64,000 nt of DNA from an uncultured Candidatus Micrarchaeota archaeon. Its GTDB lineage: Archaea > Micrarchaeota > Micrarchaeia > Burarchaeales > Fermentimicrarchaeaceae. The notes beneath the pieces are model-generated. The model searched no databases. It was not told where the DNA came from and was given only the letters and a program-made list of their open reading frames with translations. This document shows, piece after piece, positions 37,616-44,300 of this stretch. The DNA is taken from contig CAVXDX010000013.1 in assembly GCA_963760615.1 (NCBI GenBank), forward strand, positions 1 through 64,000, written 5' to 3'. Positions within the stretch are counted from its first letter, which is position 1, and each line of letters begins with the position of its first letter. Position numbers and translations under genes: made by a program.

Positions 37616-38508
37616 TGACGGACAATCCATTCAGCATGACGCCGATTGACAAGCCTGAGGAGTTCATCGGCTATGCAAAGGAGAAGGAGGAGCTTGAGAA
37701 TTCCTTAACTGAGGCAGGCGTTACTCTTGTGCTTTCTGACATGGGCTTTGGAAAGTCCTCCCTTGTCCGGGTTCTTGGGCATGATGGGAAAGGAATTTAT
37801 GTTGAGAGATGCACGAAGGACAAGCTTTACTCTGCACTTAGGCAACATATGAATGCTTTTGACCGGCTGCTGGGCAAGGATCCTACTGATGTTGTGAGCA
37901 GGCCGGTTTTCGTTGATGAGTGCGCAGCTATGGTGCCCGAGCTCGCCTCAACGTTCAATAACATGCATGACAGAGGAGTCAAGATTGTGCTCTCGCTCAC
38001 GCATGACGAAAGGGCGGAGCTCGAGAAGCACCCAGTAAACAAAACTCTTTTTGATAGGGTTACAAAAACTATAATCCTTAACGGGCTGACGAAGGAAGAA
38101 GTTGTCGAGCTGATTAAGCAGAGGGCTGATGCTAAATTCACTGATAAGGCAGTTGAATTTATCTCTGGAAAATTCAGGAAGCCCAGGGATATTGTGAGAG
38201 TATGCCACAACCTCTGGAATGAGATGGAGAAAAATGGAAAAGAAAAAGTAACCGAGGATATGCTTGGCTTCGTTCTTCCTGAAATTAAAACTAGAGAAGT
38301 AGTTGGTGGAGAGAAATCCCAGAGAATACTCGATTATATTAAAAATAACCCCGGGGCTAAGAGAGGGGAAATTGCCGATGCACTGAAGATGAATCCAAAC
38401 AGCGTAACGAATTTGCTGAAATTGTTAATGGAGAAGCATTTGGTTACGAGAACTGCCGACTTCAAGCACTATGCGGCTGGGTCGGGCGGTGAAGGGAAGA
38501 AAGAATGA
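37615..38508 (+). CDS. AAA+ ATPase with C-terminal winged HTH
   Basis: Start MTDNPF after a GTGA RBS; EFIG, SDMGFGKSS Walker A, VFVDE Walker B, KPRDIVRVC sensor II, RILDYIKNNPG...EIADAL...VTNLLKLL wHTH. Confidence 0.8.
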   Translation: MTDNPFSMTPIDKPEEFIGYAKEKEELENSLTEAGVTLVLSDMGFGKSSLVRVLGHDGKGIYVERCTKDKLYSALRQHMNAFDRLLGKDPTDVVSRPVFVDECAAMVPELASTFNNMHDRGVKIVLSLTHDERAELEKHPVNKTLFDRVTKTIILNGLTKEEVVELIKQRADAKFTDKAVEFISGKFRKPRDIVRVCHNLWNEMEKNGKEKVTEDMLGFVLPEIKTREVVGGEKSQRILDYIKNNPGAKRGEIADALKMNPNSVTNLLKLLMEKHLVTRTADFKHYAAGSGGEGKKE

Positions 38509-38625
38509 GATAGAAGTCTAGACTACAATGTTCAAGTGCTGATGCAAAAGACAGTAAAAACATATGTATGGTCTACCATACAAATCATAAGGAATAAGTT
38601 GTACTGAATCTAGGTCATTGCCGCA

Positions 38626-38859
38626 TCACTTAATCTTCAGCTCTCTTTTTATGGCGTCCCTGTCAAACCCAACTATAATCTTGCCGTTTATATCCAAAAC
38701 AGGCACACCCATTTGCCCGCTCTTGTTGAACATCTCGCTGACGGCTTTCTTATCCTTTGATACATCCATATCTTCAAACTGTATATTATTCTGCTTGAGG
38801 AATTGCTTCGCCATCATGCAGTACGGGCATGTGGGAGTGGAATAAACTTTAACAACCAT
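38626..38859 (-). CDS. Glutaredoxin-like protein (NrdH/YruB type)
   Basis: VYSTPTCPYC, SGQMGVPVLDING, IVGFD. Confidence 0.92.
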   Translation of the reverse strand: MVVKVYSTPTCPYCMMAKQFLKQNNIQFEDMDVSKDKKAVSEMFNKSGQMGVPVLDINGKIIVGFDRDAIKRELKIK

Positions 38860-38995
38860 CTGAACACCTCGTACTTCATTCACAGTAAAAATATAAAAAT
38901 GTATTGATACGTCGTAGAAGCCCTAGCTGCTTTGGGATTGCTTAAAACAGCCCCAGACGCCTCGATTTTTCAAATCCGCCCCTCAGCTAAAGAAT

Positions 38996-39751
38996 CTATT
39001 TTTTGTACGCCTTTACTTTGACACTTGTAATTTTTCCACGCAGTATGCCAGTTAACTCAGACTCATGAAATGCATTCTGGGAAACGATTTTTACATTTCT
39101 GAACCCTGCTTTTCTTATTGTCCCTATATATTTCCTTTTCTCTAATGCTCCAGCAATGCACCCCGCCCAGGCAGCAGAGCTTCTCCTGAGTTTTTCAGGC
39201 AGTTCTCCCTCACTAACGAGGTCGGAAATCAAAACCCTTCCGCCCGGCTTTAAAACCCGGTAAGCTTCTTTGTATGTCCGCAGTTTGTCTGGAGAAAGAT
39301 TGATGACGCAATTGCTGATGATTACATCAACAGAATTATCTTCAACAGGCAAATTTTCAATTTCCCCGACTCTAAATTCGACATTTTTGTATCCGTATTT
39401 TTTTGCTGTTTTATTGGCCTTTTTTATCATTTCTTCCGTCATGTCAACCCCAATGACATAACCTCTTGGCCCTACTTTATTTGCAGCCAAAAATACATCA
39501 ATTCCTGCACCTGCTCCCAAATCCAAGACAGTTTCTCCCTTCCTTAAATCTGCCAGTGCTGTTGGGTTTCCGCAACCCAAGCCCATAACTGCTTCTTTCG
39601 GTATTTTTCCTAGCTCTTCCTCAGAATAGCCTATTCTCTTTGCTTGTTCGGTTGCATCATAACCGCATGGGCCGCAAGTCGGGCAACAGCTAGTGCCCTC
39701 CTTAGCAATTCGGGAATATCTCTCCTTTACAATTTCTTTTATTTTTTCCAT
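38996..39751 (-). CDS. arsM: Arsenite S-adenosylmethionine methyltransferase
   Basis: SCCPTC, GLGCGNP, VLDLGAGAGID, ISNCVINLSPDK, WAGCIAGA. Confidence 0.9.
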   Translation of the reverse strand: MEKIKEIVKERYSRIAKEGTSCCPTCGPCGYDATEQAKRIGYSEEELGKIPKEAVMGLGCGNPTALADLRKGETVLDLGAGAGIDVFLAANKVGPRGYVIGVDMTEEMIKKANKTAKKYGYKNVEFRVGEIENLPVEDNSVDVIISNCVINLSPDKLRTYKEAYRVLKPGGRVLISDLVSEGELPEKLRRSSAAWAGCIAGALEKRKYIGTIRKAGFRNVKIVSQNAFHESELTGILRGKITSVKVKAYKK

Positions 39752-39867
39752 GATTTATCCTTTATTCTAAAAATATATTAAACTTGCTCGAGACACCGAG
39801 GCATTCCCCCCTGGTTTCTTGGACTTCCGACTTCCATAAGAACTAGAGAGTATTTACGAGGTGAGAA

Positions 39868-39887
39868 GGGGGCTCTTACGAGCCCCC
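39868..39887 (-). terminator. Strong hairpin just downstream of Hsp20
   Basis: Perfect 8-bp stem gggggctc/gagccccc with a 4-nt loop (GUAA on the minus strand), 6 nt after the stop codon. Confidence 0.5.
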
Positions 39888-39893
39888 AGTGCC

Positions 39894-40316
39894 TCACTCT
39901 ACTTTTATCGCCTTGCCTCCTTCCGTCTTAACTTTCTTCTTCATCCTCACTTCCAGCACGCCGTTCTTGTAGCTTGCCTTGACTTTGTCCGGGATTACCT
40001 CGCTCGGCAAAGAAAGAGCCCTATAGTAACCTCCGTACTTTCTCTCCCTGTAACAATAGTTCTCATTGCTCTCCTCCTTCTCCTCTCTCTTGTCAACCCT
40101 CACCTTGAGCATGTCTGTCGTTGTGCTTACCTTTATTTCATCCTTGCCAACTCCAGGCAGCTCCATCAAGGCCACAAGGTCCTCCCCCTCATCCATTATG
40201 TCTGTGAGAGGCTCTCTTGCTTCTTCACCAATTCCTTCCCTCTCCATGGGCTGGCATCCCCTCATCATTCTCCTCAGCCTTCTCATCTCCCCAAAAGGTC
40301 CAAAGAACTCATCCAT
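39894..40316 (-). CDS. Small heat-shock protein Hsp20
   Basis: EPLTDI, ELPGVGKDEIKV, YYRALSLP, ASYKNGVLEV. Confidence 0.93.
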   Translation of the reverse strand: MDEFFGPFGEMRRLRRMMRGCQPMEREGIGEEAREPLTDIMDEGEDLVALMELPGVGKDEIKVSTTTDMLKVRVDKREEKEESNENYCYRERKYGGYYRALSLPSEVIPDKVKASYKNGVLEVRMKKKVKTEGGKAIKVE

Positions 40317-40406
40317 ATGTTCACCCCATATTTTGTTAACAAATTATTAATCTATTAATAATTATATAACAAAACATTTAAATACCTAACTGGTTAAAAG
40401 ACAATT

Positions 40407-40814
40407 ATGCAATTTGGACGCAGGCCGACAATAATCATACGAAGAATCCAGATCCCTCTGCAGCACGATACAGAAAGATATGTTGAATGGCTCTGCGACT
40501 GCCTGGGCTTTGGTGGGGATGAGCTTGCCATAGAGATATTCAAGGATCTGCTGAAGGCGAACTACGAGGGCAAATCCCAGTCCAGCACTGAATTGTGCAA
40601 AGGAAAGGAAGTTACAAGGGCAGCGGTCATATACCACTTAAACAAGTTTATAGAGCGCGGCCTTATCGAAAGAAGAGGCAGAGCCTACTCTCTGAGAGAT
40701 GCAACGCTCGCGAGCACAATTGAAGAAATAGAAGAGGATGTTCTGAGATATTTCAAGAGGCTGAAGGAAGTTGCAAAGAAGATAGATGACGAGCGTAGTA
40801 TTCCTGTTGAATGA
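40407..40814 (+). CDS. Winged-HTH transcriptional regulator
   Basis: SSTELCKGKEVTRAAVIYHLNKFIERGLIERRG. Divergent from Hsp20. Confidence 0.8.
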   Translation: MQFGRRPTIIIRRIQIPLQHDTERYVEWLCDCLGFGGDELAIEIFKDLLKANYEGKSQSSTELCKGKEVTRAAVIYHLNKFIERGLIERRGRAYSLRDATLASTIEEIEEDVLRYFKRLKEVAKKIDDERSIPVE

Positions 40815-40833
40815 CCTATTGGAGGTGGGTCAG

Positions 40834-41331
40834 ATGAATATCGAAGAGAAGCTGGAGAATTCAAAATCCATACCAGATGTCTTTGAAGTAGTCAAAGAAG
40901 TAGTGAGAAAGGTTACCAAATCCCAAAGGGCTGGGCTCATGCTGGGGCTTGCTGAGATGGGCGGGAATGAGGGCTTCTGGATAGGCGCTTTCTACCCTGT
41001 AGGTACAAACATGATAGTCATGAACAAAACCCCGCTTAGGAAAATAGCAGAGACAAATCCGGGCCTTTTCAACTCATACTGCTTCCACATTCTTCTCCAT
41101 GAATACCTGCACAGCCTAGGAATTCTCGATGAGGCAACAACGAGGAGAGCGACATATGAGATAAGCAAGGCAGTTTTCGGGGAAGGACATACTATAACTG
41201 AAATGGCGAGGGACATAAGAAAATTCCTTCCTTACATCATGCACCCAGAGCCATCTTGGACCCCTCCAGATGAGATGTACATAGAGCTTGTTGAGGGGTT
41301 TGATAGGTCAAGCGTGACATACATAATGTGA
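40834..41331 (+). CDS. HExxH-motif putative zinc metallopeptidase-like protein
   Basis: ILLHEYLHSLGILDE. GGAGGTG RBS before ATG 40834. Confidence 0.65.
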   Translation: MNIEEKLENSKSIPDVFEVVKEVVRKVTKSQRAGLMLGLAEMGGNEGFWIGAFYPVGTNMIVMNKTPLRKIAETNPGLFNSYCFHILLHEYLHSLGILDEATTRRATYEISKAVFGEGHTITEMARDIRKFLPYIMHPEPSWTPPDEMYIELVEGFDRSSVTYIM

Positions 41332-41395
41332 ATTCATTCGGAATTCACCAAATAAAACCATTAAATTTTTTAAGCAGCTCAGTTAAACCACTCTT

Positions 41396-42262
41396 ATGAG
41401 AAACATATTCATAATTCCAATTTTTTTATTGTTACTGGCAGGATGCACTGCACCATGGTCTGAATGCTCCAAGGACTCGGACTGCCCGCAGGCTCTCTGC
41501 CCCGGAGCTATTGCAAAATGCGATTTTGGTAAATGCATCAATATTTACTCCAATGGAACTCTCGCAAACTGCACAAATAAGAACTGCAAGGAGTATTGCG
41601 AGGGGCTGCCGCATATTGAATGCGTGGGTTACTGGAACATATCCGGGGAATATCCAAACTGCAAATGCCAGTATAAATGCTCAACCGCGAATGTCTGCAG
41701 CTCAGACTCTGACTGCCCCAACGGTTATGCATGCTACAACTCACGTTTCTGTGGAATGGCCGAAAGTGGAGTAGCATGTGGAGATCAGGAAGGAGATTTG
41801 CTCTGCCATAAACTTTGCAACAGCAGTTCCTCCTGTCCTTCGGATATGCCATACTGCAGGAGTGTTACAATAGCACAAGGAGATGTGCTGACATTGGAGA
41901 AAATGTGCATGAAAGATGAGTGCACTAAAGATTCAGACTGCCCGCAAGTAAGATGCATCGGGATGAGAAGCAAATGCGTTGATGGAAAATGCAGAGTTGT
42001 TGACTCCAATGGAAATTCCGGGAGATGCAACAATGCAAGTGTAATGGACAAAGAGCTCTGCGAGGAATACGGAGGGCACTGGAATGAGTGCGGCTCTGCA
42101 TGCACTGGCCAGCCTCCAGGGAACGTCTGCCCAATGGTGTGCATATCGCAGTGTGAATGTGGAGGAATAGCTGGCTGGCAGTGCCCACCAGGTTATCATT
42201 GCATGCTCTCAGGAGAAGTAGCCGATGAGCTGGGAGTTTGCAAGGAAATTTTATACCAATAA
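41396..42262 (+). CDS. Cys-rich lipoprotein-like surface protein
   Basis: LLLAGC lipobox-like motif; repeated C(S/T)(K/S)DSDCP modules; CGGIAGWQCPPGYHC. Confidence 0.75.
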   Translation: MRNIFIIPIFLLLLAGCTAPWSECSKDSDCPQALCPGAIAKCDFGKCINIYSNGTLANCTNKNCKEYCEGLPHIECVGYWNISGEYPNCKCQYKCSTANVCSSDSDCPNGYACYNSRFCGMAESGVACGDQEGDLLCHKLCNSSSSCPSDMPYCRSVTIAQGDVLTLEKMCMKDECTKDSDCPQVRCIGMRSKCVDGKCRVVDSNGNSGRCNNASVMDKELCEEYGGHWNECGSACTGQPPGNVCPMVCISQCECGGIAGWQCPPGYHCMLSGEVADELGVCKEILYQ

Positions 42263-42266
42263 GCGG

Positions 42267-43178
42267 TTATGATGCAAAGTGAACTATAGCAGTTTTGCTG
42301 GTTCCGCATGTACTTGCGTTTATTAAAATATCTCCAATAGAATTCGTAATATACTTTACACTTGCCTCCCCAGTTGAGTTAGTAATCTCAGATGTGCTCG
42401 GAGCGAACATTCCAGTATTAGGAGTGTCGGTAAATTTTACTGTTGCACCTGAAGCAGGGCTCCCGTCAGCATATTTGGCTGTTACATTCACATCAATCTC
42501 TGTAAATGGCGAGCCTGAAGATGGAACTTTAAGAATAAGAGTGGAAACAGGGCAGTCAGCGCAACAGTTAGTCGGATTCTCGCCAAGAATATAATCGCAC
42601 ACCCTTCCCCCACAGCCATACAGTTTTGTCACATTTGGCTCAAGCTGCGCTCTTATCTGCCCGCTCACAGTATGATTTGGAGCTCCTGTGCAATCGTGAT
42701 TCGTTGAGTAACCTGGAATTGCATTGCAATCGCTGTATGTAAAAGTCAGCGTGAACTCAGATTTTCTATTTCCCGTGGGGATTGTATCATTGCCAAGTAT
42801 CATAACTGTGCACGAGATTGCGTCCCCTTGCCGTACTATGGTCAGATTAGGGTAGCAGTACCCAGTGTAGTTGTTCCTGCCAAGCCTGCCGACATTCTCC
42901 ACTGTCGCCGTGGCGGCATTGGCGTCAATCCAAATGTCGTAACCAAGCCCGTTTATGAGCTTGTAGTTAAGTGCCATTGTTTTTCCATCAGGAGCATAAC
43001 CGAATTTGAAGGTGCTGCAGCTCAGTGTTGGACTGAAGTTGCAGTAGGGTGGAAACATATTCACTATGCTGAGATAGCCTGAGTAGTACGCCATAATAAG
43101 CACGATCAGTATTATGAGCACAACCCAGCCGTATATGCCAAGGAGCTCTACTGCAGTCTGAGCTTTTTTACAATGCAT
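42267..43178 (-). CDS. Pilin-like class III signal peptide protein with C-terminal Ig-like domain
   Basis: KAQTAVELLGIYGWVVL; GSPASGATVKF...TNSTGEASVKY Ig-like strand pattern. Confidence 0.75.
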   Translation of the reverse strand: MHCKKAQTAVELLGIYGWVVLIILIVLIMAYYSGYLSIVNMFPPYCNFSPTLSCSTFKFGYAPDGKTMALNYKLINGLGYDIWIDANAATATVENVGRLGRNNYTGYCYPNLTIVRQGDAISCTVMILGNDTIPTGNRKSEFTLTFTYSDCNAIPGYSTNHDCTGAPNHTVSGQIRAQLEPNVTKLYGCGGRVCDYILGENPTNCCADCPVSTLILKVPSSGSPFTEIDVNVTAKYADGSPASGATVKFTDTPNTGMFAPSTSEITNSTGEASVKYITNSIGDILINASTCGTSKTAIVHFAS

Positions 43179-43210
43179 AAGGTATTTGGAATTAACTCAC
43201 TATTTAAGCC

Positions 43211-43723
43211 TTATTGGTCTCTTGCTATCACACCGAATTTGGCATAGGGTTTGCTGGTGCCGCTCCTCAGCTCCTCAAATATAACCTGGCTGACTCGCAT
43301 GCCAGCCTTGACTAGTATCCTCTTTCTGGAGAGGTTCACTATCTCCAGAATCTGGTGGTTTCTCGAGCCCGGCTGTATGAAACTGCTTGTTATATGAATT
43401 GCCAGCCCCAGCCTGGCAAAACTGCTTCTTCCCTCAAGCCTCCCGGAGATGTTTGGAGGTAGCTCTATCCTCTCAACGGTTTTTCCAAGAATCATGTCCC
43501 CGGGCTTCAGCTCCACGGAATCTGCTGTGAAGTGCTCCATAACATCGTTGAAGCCGACCTTTGAAATATCAATTCTTTTTGCTGTCTTTTTTTGCTTCCA
43601 GAATTCATTACTCAGTGTAAGGTCAACCGAAGCAGGCCCCATCTGCTCCTTTCCCGGAGTCGGGGTTATCCTTATGATCCCTCTTTTCATGTACTTGGCT
43701 ATGTCCCTGTCAGACAGAATCAT
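43211..43723 (-). CDS. dcd: dCTP deaminase
   Basis: MILSDRDI, PASVDLTL, GRSSFARLG, FIQPG, QILEIVN, RVSQVIFE. Confidence 0.92.
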   Translation of the reverse strand: MILSDRDIAKYMKRGIIRITPTPGKEQMGPASVDLTLSNEFWKQKKTAKRIDISKVGFNDVMEHFTADSVELKPGDMILGKTVERIELPPNISGRLEGRSSFARLGLAIHITSSFIQPGSRNHQILEIVNLSRKRILVKAGMRVSQVIFEELRSGTSKPYAKFGVIARDQ

Positions 43724-43805
43724 ACAAACACCGCATTCTATTTGCATGGGATAAGTTTTAATACCATAATACTAAATCTCTATTGACAAATACAGGTATG
43801 TCAAC

Positions 43806-44279
43806 ATGGCAAGGGCACAGGCGGCAATGGAGTTTATAATGACATACGGATGGATGCTCGTCATACTAGTTGTCGTGCTCGCAGCCCTGGGTTACTTGGG
43901 CATATTCACAATCCAAAGGCCCATAGGGTGCAGCTTCCCGGGAAATTTTGTCTGCAAAGCAGTGAAGCTCACAGCAGACGGCAACCTGACAATGGACCTA
44001 TCCCAAGATACGGGCCATGACATAAATATTTTGGGGCTGAACTGCACAAAAAATCCAGGCACTAACCCGTCATTGACTACAATTAATGCATTCATAAGAA
44101 ACAGTGACCATAACATTACTGCCAATGGCACCAATATAAAGTGCCTCGACACTTCTGGGAAAAGCGCAACTGGGAGGATCGGCGGGACGTATACGGGGCA
44201 AATTCTCGTGTACTACATAGAGAATGACACGGGGATGACGCACCTAGTTACAGGAGATATAACTGCTACTTATGAATAA
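43806..44279 (+). CDS. Type IV pilin-like protein (class III signal peptide)
   Basis: MARAQAAMEFIMTYGWMLVILVVVLAALGYLG. Confidence 0.85.
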   Translation: MARAQAAMEFIMTYGWMLVILVVVLAALGYLGIFTIQRPIGCSFPGNFVCKAVKLTADGNLTMDLSQDTGHDINILGLNCTKNPGTNPSLTTINAFIRNSDHNITANGTNIKCLDTSGKSATGRIGGTYTGQILVYYIENDTGMTHLVTGDITATYE

Positions 44280-44300
44280 GCTTGGTTCGCTCCTCAGCTG

